Below are positions 22,383-32,685 of a stretch of DNA of 64,000 nucleotides, piece after piece. Positions within the stretch are counted from its first letter, which is position 1. Every line of letters begins with the position of its first letter. This stretch comes from Promethearchaeota archaeon. GTDB lineage: Archaea; Asgardarchaeota; Lokiarchaeia; Sigyniarchaeales; SOKP01. A program made the position numbers and the translations under genes. The stretch is from the NCBI GenBank assembly GCA_011364975.1, contig RDOE01000004.1, positions 1 through 64,000 on the forward strand, read 5' to 3'. The notes beneath the pieces are model-generated. The model searched no databases, had not been told where the DNA came from, and saw only the letters and a program-made list of their open reading frames with translations.

Positions 22383-22499
22383 AATTAATTACTAAATTCC
22401 TTTAATTATAACATTTTTTACTTTTTCTTTCCCGCTGGATAGTATTTTTCTCTTATATAACTAACTTTTAAATAGGTAAATTTTGTTTATAACATTAGC

Positions 22500-22661
22500 A
22501 TGGGGAGAGATAAAAATAAAATAAGAACTCAAAAATTAAATTTTTGGGCTCAAGGTGTTATCGAATCACATCAGAAAAATTTAAAAAGTAAAAATAATGA
22601 TCATCGTGAAGAACCACAAGCAGGAGATAACTGGTTAATCTCAAAAACAATTAATGTATGA
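22500..22661 (+). CDS. Putative 53-aa small protein (not in ORF track)
   Basis: ATG..TGA open frame MGRDKNKIRTQKLNFWAQGVIESHQ...NWLISKTINV. TATA-like TTTAAATA about 25-30 nt upstream. Confidence 0.4.
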   Translation: MGRDKNKIRTQKLNFWAQGVIESHQKNLKSKNNDHREEPQAGDNWLISKTINV

Positions 22662-22682
22662 AAATAGAAGGTTTATATTTTA

Positions 22683-23168
22683 TTATAGTAATTCTTGGCT
22701 TAATTCTTGTGCAAAATTTTGAGCCTTTGTCATCTTAATCCTGAAAAACCCCTTAAAGACCCGTTTATTTGCCACAATTCCACCTTTCTTTTCGATTTCA
22801 GTCTGCATCAATTCAAGAGTTTTTCCCGCTAAAAATCTACATGTGCAAAAGATAACAAACTTTTTTCCATTAATATTTTGAGCTTTTGTTAAATAGCCAT
22901 CAAATATAGCTGGCTGACGTCCTCCATAAACGGGATTACCAAAAAATATCAGGTCATATGGTGCAAGATTTTCAATAATTTTATTATATGTGAAATCCGA
23001 AAGGTCTCCATTTAAAATTTTTTCTTGGTTTGATATAATATTTCGAGCTTTCATAGGATACTCTATTCGTTCAATTTGTACGTCGTGTCCTTTAAGGCCT
23101 TCAAAAATGGTTTCTACAACTTTTTTCGTACGCCCACTCATCGAAAAATATATAATTAATATTCTCAT
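22683..23168 (-). CDS. Flavodoxin-like protein
   Basis: YFSMSGRT FMN-binding loop, DLIFFGNPVY. Confidence 0.85.
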   Translation of the reverse strand: MRILIIYFSMSGRTKKVVETIFEGLKGHDVQIERIEYPMKARNIISNQEKILNGDLSDFTYNKIIENLAPYDLIFFGNPVYGGRQPAIFDGYLTKAQNINGKKFVIFCTCRFLAGKTLELMQTEIEKKGGIVANKRVFKGFFRIKMTKAQNFAQELSQELL

Positions 23169-23336
23169 TTTAATTCCATTAGGTATGCTTTTTTTTACTT
23201 GTTTAGAATTTTTCTTGCTTTTTATATTTTCTGAGTAATTTAGAGGCTATGCTTCTTATTATGGATTGCCTAATATTAGTTTATTAGACAAATGACGGTT
23301 TATCTGAAAAATAATAAAGACTCTTTAAAAATCTCT

Positions 23337-24281
23337 TTACTTCTGTTTTAAAATTACATAAATAGAAAGAATTACAAGAAAAGTGCCAACCATATGAAAA
23401 ACTGTGAAGGCTTCCCCCAATATAATTGTTGCAAAAATAGCAGTGACTATGGGTGTTGGCGAAAAAATAATCGTTGCAACAGATACATCCAAATAAGAAA
23501 GAGCAAAATACCACGAAACCAAACCAGCACCATAAACAAAACCCATTAATACATAATAGAATGCATTAATAGGTATTAATAGAAGTTGGAAATTAGAAAT
23601 GGGAAAAAAGATTAAATAAGCACTGATCAATATAATCGCACTCAAAATATTTCGCAAAAACACCATTTGAATAGGAGTTGCTTCATTTCTATTGAAAATC
23701 GGTTTTGTAATGGCATGTCCATACATCCAAAGGCATGTCATTCCTAATAATATTAAAACACCTAGCATTGCATCAAACCCAATTAATAAAAAGTTAAATG
23801 AGCCTTGCGTAATGGCAAGAATTAAACCGAAAAATAATATAATAGAAAAAATTATCTGCATTTTTGTTATTTTCTCTTTTAAGATGATATAACCGAAGAG
23901 CAATGAAAAGAAGACAGTTGTTTTTTGTGTTAGTGAACCATTAATAGCTCCTGCATATTGGTAACCCACAAAAAAAAGAAGTTGATTAACGCCAAAAATC
24001 ACACCAATAACAAGAAGAAGCCTCAAATTTTTTTTCCAATTTTGAAGTACTGATAATTGAATCTCCTTGCTCGACGTATGGTTATCTCTTTTCGAATGTT
24101 TTCTTTTTATTTCTATTAACATAATCGGAAAGAAAATTATCGCTTCAATTAAGCATGTCATACTAGCGAAAATGAGCGCATCGAGAGATTGAGGTCGTGA
24201 GTTTGCAACAATAGGCTGGAAACCTACAAACAGATTGCCTATTATCCCAAAAAATATCCCTTTCTTCAATTTACTATCCAC
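23337..24281 (-). CDS. DMT/EamA family transporter
   Basis: About 10 TM helices, two EamA repeats (ILKEKIT, ILGEAFT). Confidence 0.85.
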   Translation of the reverse strand: MDSKLKKGIFFGIIGNLFVGFQPIVANSRPQSLDALIFASMTCLIEAIIFFPIMLIEIKRKHSKRDNHTSSKEIQLSVLQNWKKNLRLLLVIGVIFGVNQLLFFVGYQYAGAINGSLTQKTTVFFSLLFGYIILKEKITKMQIIFSIILFFGLILAITQGSFNFLLIGFDAMLGVLILLGMTCLWMYGHAITKPIFNRNEATPIQMVFLRNILSAIILISAYLIFFPISNFQLLLIPINAFYYVLMGFVYGAGLVSWYFALSYLDVSVATIIFSPTPIVTAIFATIILGEAFTVFHMVGTFLVILSIYVILKQK

Positions 24282-24377
24282 GATATTTTAGAAAGGCAAG
24301 CAAGAATTAAAAATCTTATTTTTAAAGGTTTGTGAATTTTAAATAATATTAATTAAGATAAAGCTTAAGATCTTATT

Positions 24378-25535
24378 ATGAACAGTTTTGAGAGAATTTG
24401 GAGTGCATTGAATTTAGAGGAACCAGATATGATTCCTACACATACAATTAACATTGATGGTAATGTTTCGGACTTAATATTAGGAAAGCCTGAGAAAACA
24501 GCATTTGATGTATTCAATGAAATGCAACAGCAATATCCTGATGAGTGGGTTGACAAAATTAATGATATTCTTCATGATATCGAAATTTCTGTTATGGCAA
24601 AGTCTGTGCGGGCAGGATATGAATTAGGCTTTGATGGGGTTGGAATCCAATATATTCCTTTCATTATCGAGAACCAAGAAGAGATGACCGATATATTCGG
24701 AAAAAGACACAAAATTCGCAACATTGATGGAAACGCTTATCCGGATTATTATGGTGGTTATATAAAAAACAGGCAAGATTGGGAAACATATCCAAAACCA
24801 GATATGAAAGAAGAATATAATCGCGCTAAGAAGCTATATAAAGGAGTCTTACGTAAATGCAAAGATATTAAAGAAGATATCTGTATAATTGCTCAAAATG
24901 CCTTAACATCTGTCTTTCCTCCTGTATGGCAAGGAATGGGCATGACTAACTTCGTCCGCGCCTTAAAAAATGATCCTAAACTAATTGAAGAGCGATTTAG
25001 ATATACAACTGATTTCGTTTTGACTGTATTTGAAGCTTATAAGGATTGTGGAGCCAAGATTTTTCTAGAAGGAGGAGACATTGCACATAGTGGTGGACCA
25101 ATGATCAATCCAAAATACTTCGATGAGTATGTGAAACCTTGCCTCCAAGAGGTAGCAGATGCTATTCATAGCTGGGGAGGAAAATACATATTACACACAG
25201 ATGGAGACATTACTAGCCAATTGGATTTTATCGTAGAATGTGGGTTTGATGGGTTGCAATGCTTAGAACCTCCTCTTGTAGATTTAAATTGGGTTAAAAA
25301 GAACTATGGCGATAAGTTATGTTTATCAGGAAATATTGATACAAGATATGTCTTAGTAAAAGGTAGCAGAGAAGAAGTATTTGATGCTGTAAAAAAAGCA
25401 GTCAAATTTTTAGGACCTAATGGCGGAGCGATGATCTCTCCAGCAAATTTTCATCCTCAGATTTCTGTAGATCGTTTAAAATGGATGATTGAAGCTGCTA
25501 ATAAATTTGGGAAATATCCCCTAACAGAAATATAA
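24378..25535 (+). CDS. Uroporphyrinogen decarboxylase / MtaA-like methyltransferase family protein
   Basis: ILHTDG, LCLSGNID, L..G..EEV and GPMINPKYFDEY motifs. Confidence 0.8.
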   Translation: MNSFERIWSALNLEEPDMIPTHTINIDGNVSDLILGKPEKTAFDVFNEMQQQYPDEWVDKINDILHDIEISVMAKSVRAGYELGFDGVGIQYIPFIIENQEEMTDIFGKRHKIRNIDGNAYPDYYGGYIKNRQDWETYPKPDMKEEYNRAKKLYKGVLRKCKDIKEDICIIAQNALTSVFPPVWQGMGMTNFVRALKNDPKLIEERFRYTTDFVLTVFEAYKDCGAKIFLEGGDIAHSGGPMINPKYFDEYVKPCLQEVADAIHSWGGKYILHTDGDITSQLDFIVECGFDGLQCLEPPLVDLNWVKKNYGDKLCLSGNIDTRYVLVKGSREEVFDAVKKAVKFLGPNGGAMISPANFHPQISVDRLKWMIEAANKFGKYPLTEI

Positions 25536-25597
25536 CTAAAAACTCCCATTAATTAGTTTAAAATATAATTACAAAAAAAAAAAGAAATTGTTGAAAT

Positions 25598-25933
25598 TTA
25601 CTTAATCATTAATGCTGGAACAATAGATCTGGATTTATATGAATTCTTATACTGGCGTTTGAAGTACCTAGCTAACCTTATCAGAAGAATTGTTCCAACC
25701 ATTGCCATTGCAAATAAGATCAATGTACTATATGGCGTGAATGAGCAATGTGCATAATATCCTAAGTAACATGGTTTACTTGCCTCATCAGGTAGCATAG
25801 TAAGGATTCCTGCAGAAAAACCGCCTGCTATTAATCCGACTATTAATGTTAAGTAAATTAGAATAAAAGTTGATTTTACAACCTTTAATACTACTTTAAC
25901 TGCTAAATTTTTTCGTTTCAATTTTTTCACCAA
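25598..25933 (-). CDS. Small 2-TM membrane protein with loop motif SKPCYLGYYAHCSFTP
   Basis: Two hydrophobic helices flanking a Cys/His loop. Confidence 0.65.
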   Translation of the reverse strand: MVKKLKRKNLAVKVVLKVVKSTFILIYLTLIVGLIAGGFSAGILTMLPDEASKPCYLGYYAHCSFTPYSTLILFAMAMVGTILLIRLARYFKRQYKNSYKSRSIVPALMIK

Positions 25934-26198
25934 TAAATTGTGTTAATAAAATAGGAGCGATCATCCTCATATAATTCGATGTACCCTCTTAAGATAATAA
26001 ATCGATAGAAAAAGGCTTATCAATTGATGGATTTTTACCTTTTTTTAGAATAAAAGCAATAATTTATGATTACTTTATTAGCTAATTGGTTGAAAAAAAT
26101 CATATTTTCATCCATAACTTTAACGGTTTTATTCCCTTCAGTTAGAACTTACTCTTATAACCTGTTCCATTCTTTTTCTAGATTAAAATTGTTTAAAG

Positions 26199-26402
26199 GT
26201 GATTATTATAAGTTATAGTAAACGATGCCCTTGTCCTAAAATGAATTGTCCTAATCATGGAGATTGTGAGGCATGCCAACAATATCATGAAAAGTCAAAT
26301 GGTTTACCTTTTTGTAAAAGAAATCATGGATTCTTTACCAAGATTTTCTACAGGAGAAATTATAAGATGGTTCAGCAATTAATAATGGAGGGGATGCTAT
26401 GA
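26199..26402 (+). CDS. Small Cys/His-rich metal-binding protein
   Basis: CPCPKMNCPNHGDCEACQQYH...LPFC. Stop overlaps the next start (ATGA). Confidence 0.7.
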   Translation: MIIISYSKRCPCPKMNCPNHGDCEACQQYHEKSNGLPFCKRNHGFFTKIFYRRNYKMVQQLIMEGML

Positions 26403-26863
26403 AGAAAGCTATCATCCTATATGATTCCTTGTACGGAAATACTAAAAAAGTCGCTATGTCATTAACTCGCGGATTAGAATCTGGAGGGGTTTATGTAGAC
26501 GTCATTTCAATTCAGGAATTAGAGATCAGTGAACTTAATAACTATGAACTTATTGGTATAGGGGGTCCAACTCATTTCCATGGTGCTTCAAAACAAATGA
26601 AATCCTTTTTATCCAAAATTAAACATTTAAGATTGAAAAACAAAGTAGGGTTTGCATTTGAAACGAAAGCAGACTTTAAATTTTCAGGTTCTGCTGCTAA
26701 ACGTATAGTGAGATCGTTAAAACAGATGAAAATACCACTTATTCATTCTATAATTACTGGTATAGTTCTTAACAAAGAAGGCCCATTAGAGGACTCAACT
26801 TCTAGTAGTATGGAGCAAATTGGATTAATTATCTCAGAAAAAATGAATAATAAGGTGAACTAA
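26399..26863 (+). CDS. Flavodoxin-like protein
   Basis: YDSLYGNT, IGIGGPTH, AFET. Confidence 0.88.
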   Translation: MKKAIILYDSLYGNTKKVAMSLTRGLESGGVYVDVISIQELEISELNNYELIGIGGPTHFHGASKQMKSFLSKIKHLRLKNKVGFAFETKADFKFSGSAAKRIVRSLKQMKIPLIHSIITGIVLNKEGPLEDSTSSSMEQIGLIISEKMNNKVN

Positions 26864-26867
26864 CTAA

Positions 26868-27209
26868 ATGAACACTCAAGTTTTGCTAAGTCGAATAAAG
26901 TGGATATTATTATCCGGAGGGGCTTTATTTTTCTGTATTCGAGCAATTGGCCTTGCTAGTTCAGGGGGAGATTGTTTTGGAACAATAAATCCTCTCCTTT
27001 CATGAATTCTCTTAATCTCAGAGGTCTTGATTTCAGGAACTGCGGCTATCGCTGGAGTAATTGGATTAATTCAATGGCTCATGTTTAAAAAACAGGATAT
27101 TGAAATATCTGATAAAGGTTTAAGAAAAGTAATAGTATTTACGGGAATTACTGCATACATAATTCATTGTATAAGAGTCGCAATTTGGATTTTATTTTGC
27201 GTAATATAG
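26868..27209 (+). pseudogene. Small 3-TM membrane protein with in-frame TGA at 27003-27005 (nonsense mutation or recoding)
   Basis: ATG 4 nt after the flavodoxin stop. Frame MNTQVLL...NPLLS*ILLISEVLISGTAA continues into ORF 27027..27209. Confidence 0.55.
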
Positions 27210-27235
27210 ATAATATTCAATCTAAATCTTTTTTT

Positions 27236-28147
27236 TTATTTGTATAATAACTTTTCCTTCCATGTATCAAAATAATATACATTGGACATGATATCGAAAA
27301 GTAATGATTCAACTTTTTCTCTTTTTATATTCTCAACTAAATCTGTAAGTTCTTTCATCGTATTAACCCACACCCAACACACGATAAGATTAGGAAGATT
27401 GCTAAATGTCCAACAATAGAAGAGATGCGGATAATATTTTTCATTTAATTCTTTTGCTAATTGAACTTTATCTGTCATGGGTTTAGTAGATACCTGGAAA
27501 AAAGCGAAAATGTCATTAGATTCTTGAGGATTAAAGTTAATAGTCAACTCAACAATACCTTCATCTACTAATCGAGTTAATCTACGCCTTATAGTATTTG
27601 AAGTACTACTTACATCATCTGCGATTTCTGAAATAGGTTTCCGTGAGTCCTTATGTAATGAACGAATAATTTCTACATCTAATTTATCAAAATTCATTGT
27701 TCCTGACTTTGGGATAATATAAGGAACAGATGATTTATATTGAACACCTGATAGGAACCCAATTTTTGGGGATTGTATTTCGGCAGTTTGGGAAACAAAT
27801 GAAGCATATTCATCCAATTGGTGAATATTTTCTAACATAGCGCCAATATACATATAATTACGACTTGATAACATTATTTGCCACGTATTATCATGTTCCC
27901 CTAACTTGGATATTTTATTATTAACATCTTGAGATTTACTTTGACCAAAAATGAATGTATAAATAGCATTAATCGCATATGGTTTAATCCTTGTAACAAA
28001 TCTTTCAATAATTCTTAAATCAATTAAACTTTGCACTCGTTTAAAAACTGCGTTGACTGATAAATTTAGATATTCTGAAATTTCTCTATACGTTAGTCGA
28101 GAATTATTCATCAAAGCGAGTATTATTTTAAGGTCTATTTCGTCCAT
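27236..28147 (-). CDS. Tandem (double) Lrp/AsnC transcriptional regulator
   Basis: Two HTH units: DEIDLKIILAL..NSR.TYREI and DKLDVEIIRSLHKDSRKPISEIA. Confidence 0.88.
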   Translation of the reverse strand: MDEIDLKIILALMNNSRLTYREISEYLNLSVNAVFKRVQSLIDLRIIERFVTRIKPYAINAIYTFIFGQSKSQDVNNKISKLGEHDNTWQIMLSSRNYMYIGAMLENIHQLDEYASFVSQTAEIQSPKIGFLSGVQYKSSVPYIIPKSGTMNFDKLDVEIIRSLHKDSRKPISEIADDVSSTSNTIRRRLTRLVDEGIVELTINFNPQESNDIFAFFQVSTKPMTDKVQLAKELNEKYYPHLFYCWTFSNLPNLIVCWVWVNTMKELTDLVENIKREKVESLLFDIMSNVYYFDTWKEKLLYK

Positions 28148-28364
28148 GGCTATGATAAATTAAAAATAACTATTAAATGGTTTCTTATACTTTTTAATTA
28201 AGCTTTTTATTGCTATAATACTTAGGATTTTTCTAAAATATTCCTCGTAGTTTTATCCCCCATTGACTATATTTTAATTGTATTAGACTACTATTTGCTA
28301 TAAACTTCTCTACTAAGCATAGTTAAAAGTATGATTATTTAACGAAAAAAAAGGAAGTTATGTT

Positions 28365-29327
28365 CTAAGTAATTTTATTTTTAGTTACCTTTTTCTCCTT
28401 AATAATCATTATAATCGCGAAAATCATTATAATCGTTCCTAAAAAATGGTAAATAGTAAAAACTTCATTTAATAATAAGAAAGAGAAGATTGCGGTTACT
28501 ATTGGCGTTAATGAACCAATGATGGTAATTTTACCAATCTGGAAATAGGTTAATGCTTTATACCAGAAAAATAAAGTAAAGCCATAATCAACTCCATTTA
28601 AAATAAAGTAAACATAATTAATAGGAGTTAATAAAATGCTAACATTGTCTAAAGGGAAAAAGAAAAAATAAGTAGAGATCAATAAGATTCCGCTAAAAAA
28701 ATTACGAATAAACACTACTTGAGAGGAAAAAAGTTCATTTTTTTCCAAGCTAATTTTAGTTAATGTATGAATTAAAGTAAACAGCCCTACTGTGAAAACT
28801 ATTAGAATTACACCTAGATTTAATTCAATAATATTTAAAGATCCTTGAGTTACCGCCAATATTAAGCCAAAAAAGAGGATTACACAAAATACAATTTGAA
28901 GTTTACTTATACGCTCATTTAACATAAAATATCCAAAAATTAATGCAAATATAATCTCAGATTTTGAAGCAAGCGCACTATTAATAGATCCTGCCAATGA
29001 ATAACCAATATATAAAAATATCGGAATAAATGAAAAACCTATTACGATTATAATTAATAAAATTAGATTATTTTTCTTTTTCCATCCATAAAGCAATAAC
29101 GATACATTTTCCTGCTTGGGTGAATTTCTCATTTTTGATTTTAACTTTCTCCTCTCAATTATAAAAATAGGAAAAAAGATAAGAGCTTCAATAAGAGCAG
29201 TTATTGCACCAAAAATATACGCATCTACGGATGATGGTCTAGCATTTGCAATGACGGGTTGTAATCCCATCAAAAATGCCCCACTAGCACTATATAATAA
29301 TCCTTTCTTGAAATTGTAATTCTCCAC
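28365..29327 (-). CDS. DMT/EamA family transporter (paralog of 23337..24281)
   Basis: GLQPVIANARP..DAYIF, two EamA repeats. Confidence 0.85.
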   Translation of the reverse strand: MENYNFKKGLLYSASGAFLMGLQPVIANARPSSVDAYIFGAITALIEALIFFPIFIIERRKLKSKMRNSPKQENVSLLLYGWKKKNNLILLIIIVIGFSFIPIFLYIGYSLAGSINSALASKSEIIFALIFGYFMLNERISKLQIVFCVILFFGLILAVTQGSLNIIELNLGVILIVFTVGLFTLIHTLTKISLEKNELFSSQVVFIRNFFSGILLISTYFFFFPLDNVSILLTPINYVYFILNGVDYGFTLFFWYKALTYFQIGKITIIGSLTPIVTAIFSFLLLNEVFTIYHFLGTIIMIFAIIMIIKEKKVTKNKIT

Positions 29328-29383
29328 GTTATAAGAAAAAAATTAATTAAGAATTAAAAATTTGGGAAATATACAAAATCCTT

Positions 29384-30244
29384 ATGGAAAAGAACTTGTA
29401 TATGGATGTAAATAAAAACTGGTTCAAAGATAAGATTAATACCTTTCTTGAAAACGATCAAAGTAATAAAATGATTAGGCTTGATGGATCCTACATATTC
29501 GAACCAAACGTGTTAGTTGGTATCGTGTCGGGTGATGATCCTATCTACATAAAATATAAAGAGATTATTGGGGATTTCCATCTTACGCCCTCAGAAGCAT
29601 ATGAATGGTATTGTAAAAAGCAAAACAAAGAGAATTCTACACAAGAATTAAGCGTAATTGCCTATATCCTCCCTATTAATCAAAGGACAAAGGATGAGAA
29701 CTTTACTTATTCTAAAGAAATGCCCTCAGAGCGATGGGCTCATACTAGATTATTTGGAGAGCAGGCAAACATGAAGCTTCAAACATACTTGGTGGAACAA
29801 CTTGCTAAATTAGAAATAGATGCCTTTGCACCCGCTTTAGATAATAATTTATTTAAAATTAATAGAACTATTTGGGCTTCTAACTGGTCCCACCGCCATA
29901 GTTGTTTTGCTGCGGGATTAGGTACTTTTGGATTGTCAGATGGATTTATAAATCCTCGAGGCAAAGCCATGAGATGTGGATCTATTATAATTAACTTAAA
30001 ATTACCCTCAGATGCTAAAAATCGAGCTTCTGACCCCTATGAATATTGTAATTATTGTGGAGATTGTATCATTAGATGCCCAGTAAACGCAATATCCTTT
30101 GAAAATCGTCATGATAAAATAGTATGTTCTAAACATGTAATGGGTACGATCCCTTATATACAAAAGAACTACGGAATAAATATTTACGCTTGTGGGTTAT
30201 GTCAAGTGGCGGTATCATGTTCGGATGGAATTCCTAAAAAATAG
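29384..30244 (+). CDS. Epoxyqueuosine reductase/reductive dehalogenase-like cobalamin Fe-S protein
   Basis: WSHRHSCFAAGLGTFG, CNYCGDCIIRCP, CGLCQ. Confidence 0.75.
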   Translation: MEKNLYMDVNKNWFKDKINTFLENDQSNKMIRLDGSYIFEPNVLVGIVSGDDPIYIKYKEIIGDFHLTPSEAYEWYCKKQNKENSTQELSVIAYILPINQRTKDENFTYSKEMPSERWAHTRLFGEQANMKLQTYLVEQLAKLEIDAFAPALDNNLFKINRTIWASNWSHRHSCFAAGLGTFGLSDGFINPRGKAMRCGSIIINLKLPSDAKNRASDPYEYCNYCGDCIIRCPVNAISFENRHDKIVCSKHVMGTIPYIQKNYGINIYACGLCQVAVSCSDGIPKK

Positions 30245-30263
30245 AAAAGAAAAAATCTAAATA

Positions 30264-32081
30264 TTATTTTTTATAAGTTCCAAATTGAGGAAAACTTCTT
30301 AGCTGAGCGGAATTAAAGACAGGTCCGTCTTTACATACAGAGATATTGTTATCTTCACCAATGCAACACGAACCACACAATCCTACTCCACATTTCATTT
30401 TGCGCTCTAAACTAGCTTGAACCTCAATCATTTTTGAATCCGCAATTTCAAGAACTCGCTTCATCATAATCTCTGGACCGCATGTGATTATTAAATCAAT
30501 TTTCTCGCTATTAATAATCTCTTCCATTGTATCTGTCACCAGGCATTTTTTTCCGATAGAGCCATCTTCTGTTGCACACATTGTGCTTGGAATTAAATCT
30601 ATTAGCCGATCTGCAAAAATCAAAGATGCATCATCCTTTGCCCCGATTGTGACAAATATATTCTTTTTATTGCGCTTTAAGGGGTTTATCAAGGAGGTTA
30701 ATCCAGCAATCCCCATTCCTCCTCCAACGATTAAAATATTTTTAGCATCCTCGTAATTGAATGAAGTCCCGAAAGGACCTCGGATTCCAATTTTTTCCCC
30801 AATCCTCATTTCAAATAACTTGGAAGTCCCTTCCCCAATCTTCTGAACGGTGATTTCAATTTGGTTTCCCTCTACATTAGAAATAGACATAGGTAAAAAA
30901 TCGTAATCCGGTATCCATAATATAATAAACATTCCAGGACGATACGCTTTTGCAATTCTTTCATTTCTAAGTATAAAACTTTTAATTTCGGAAGAATAAC
31001 TTATAATATCTTCAATTTTTACGATATCTGTTTTGTTTCTAGTTATATCCAAAATTAATCCTTCTTTATCTTTTTCAAGTGGTTGGGTTTCTAAGATTCC
31101 TTTTCTTATAGCTAAATCAAATAGCTGCTTACCTTTTTCAGTTCTTATTATTGCGGTATTCCATCCATTAGAACTGCCAAACTCGCCAACCGATATATCA
31201 GCAAATGAGGCGGTATAATCTGAACAAGAAAAACACGCTTTTCTAATAGCCTTATCGTAAAGATAATTTAAGGGAATATTCACAGTATTCGTATTAGTCT
31301 TAATTAATAAATTGAAATTATCCTTATCAGTAATTATCGATTTGATTTCATTTTCTATGATTCCTTTTTCTTTATAAATCTGATTGAGTATCTGATTGTA
31401 ATAAGTGCCTGTACAAAATGTTCCAATCGTTAAGCTCACTAAATCATATGCCTCAAAATCAAAGCCAGGATGATTTTGTAGTTTTCTTAAAGCCTGAATT
31501 TGACATGGAGTTCCAACAATTGCAATATCACAATAGTTCTGATTGATTGCTTTTCCAATTAATGATAAAACAGGTCCCTGAGATGGTTTATAACCTACAC
31601 CTTTCACCAAGTCTTTAGTTGATTCTGCAATAAATGGAGATGGTCTGAAATTTTCATCCTTATCTGTAATAATTGCTGCATCTATTATTTTAGCTTTCAT
31701 TGCAGAATGTAATAACCCAGTAAGAGGACCAGCTTCATTAGGAAGTTCTTCTCGGGCTTTATCGGTTAACTTAATTGATATTATCTCTAAATAATGACCA
31801 AGAATTTTATCTTGCTTTTTCTGGAAAACCCATTGATCTAAGAGACTTATAGGGAAATTTTCAATTTCTGTTTTAGGGCATAAATTATAACAAACACCAA
31901 AACCATCCCGACACGTATTGATGTCTTTACATGAACCATCTTCAATAGGAACTTCTTTTTCTCGATCAAATTTAATATTATCACAGAAAGCCCCACAAGC
32001 TCCACAATATACACATTTTCCGCTATTAATAACCTCAGAAACAAGTTCGTTCCAACCTTTTTGCGCTTTATTTATAAACAT
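30264..32081 (-). CDS. Fusion: F420-binding FrhB/FdhB-family domain + PyrK-type FAD/NAD/[2Fe-2S] electron-transfer domain
   Basis: N-terminal half has CVYCGACGAFC, VGTPCQ, CFSCSDYTASFADISVG and IIRTEKG. C-terminal half has IRGPFG, VGGGMG, CGPEIMM and ERKMKCGVGLCGSC..VCKDGPVF. Confidence 0.88.
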   Translation of the reverse strand: MFINKAQKGWNELVSEVINSGKCVYCGACGAFCDNIKFDREKEVPIEDGSCKDINTCRDGFGVCYNLCPKTEIENFPISLLDQWVFQKKQDKILGHYLEIISIKLTDKAREELPNEAGPLTGLLHSAMKAKIIDAAIITDKDENFRPSPFIAESTKDLVKGVGYKPSQGPVLSLIGKAINQNYCDIAIVGTPCQIQALRKLQNHPGFDFEAYDLVSLTIGTFCTGTYYNQILNQIYKEKGIIENEIKSIITDKDNFNLLIKTNTNTVNIPLNYLYDKAIRKACFSCSDYTASFADISVGEFGSSNGWNTAIIRTEKGKQLFDLAIRKGILETQPLEKDKEGLILDITRNKTDIVKIEDIISYSSEIKSFILRNERIAKAYRPGMFIILWIPDYDFLPMSISNVEGNQIEITVQKIGEGTSKLFEMRIGEKIGIRGPFGTSFNYEDAKNILIVGGGMGIAGLTSLINPLKRNKKNIFVTIGAKDDASLIFADRLIDLIPSTMCATEDGSIGKKCLVTDTMEEIINSEKIDLIITCGPEIMMKRVLEIADSKMIEVQASLERKMKCGVGLCGSCCIGEDNNISVCKDGPVFNSAQLRSFPQFGTYKK

Positions 32082-32083
32082 AA

Positions 32084-32683
32084 TTAATTTTTTGCCCCCT
32101 TTAATTGTTTTAGAAATTCATTTGCCTCCTGCTTGCCTAATTCAAAAGCTTCTAAATTTTTATCAAGAGTAGCAGCAGGCACAAATTTCTTGATAGTTTC
32201 AATAGCAGATTCTTCAGAAAATATACCTGAAAGGATGGTAAAAATCCCAAATAAAATGGAATTTCCAAAAACCATATTCCCAAATTTCTCCACTGCCATT
32301 TTTTGAACAGGAATGCCAATAGCTTTATTAATTCGCTTTACTGATCGAAATTTTTGGATTGTAGAGGTGTCCCATACTAAAAATCCAGAATTTTCATTTA
32401 TCTTAAGATGATCTGATTTAACATCACCTGCAGCCTCCTCTGAAAGTATAATAAGGAAGTCATAGGGTTGCATCGCTTTTGGATAATCTATTAATTTAAC
32501 TTTTTTATCTAAATCTATAACTATTTCTGCCCAACATTTTCCTCCACGAGCGGATGAACTATAAGCCTCAGTTTGGGTAGCTGCTAGGTCTTCATATAAT
32601 GAACTCGCAGTAATTATCATTTTTGAAAGCGTTATTACCCCTTGTCCCCCAAATCCTACAATTCTAACTTCATACCTACTCAA
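32084..32683 (-). CDS. 2-oxoacid:ferredoxin oxidoreductase gamma subunit
   Basis: EVRIVGFGGQGVI, YSSSARGG, NLEAFELG. Confidence 0.9.
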   Translation of the reverse strand: MSRYEVRIVGFGGQGVITLSKMIITASSLYEDLAATQTEAYSSSARGGKCWAEIVIDLDKKVKLIDYPKAMQPYDFLIILSEEAAGDVKSDHLKINENSGFLVWDTSTIQKFRSVKRINKAIGIPVQKMAVEKFGNMVFGNSILFGIFTILSGIFSEESAIETIKKFVPAATLDKNLEAFELGKQEANEFLKQLKGAKN

Positions 32684-32685
32684 AT

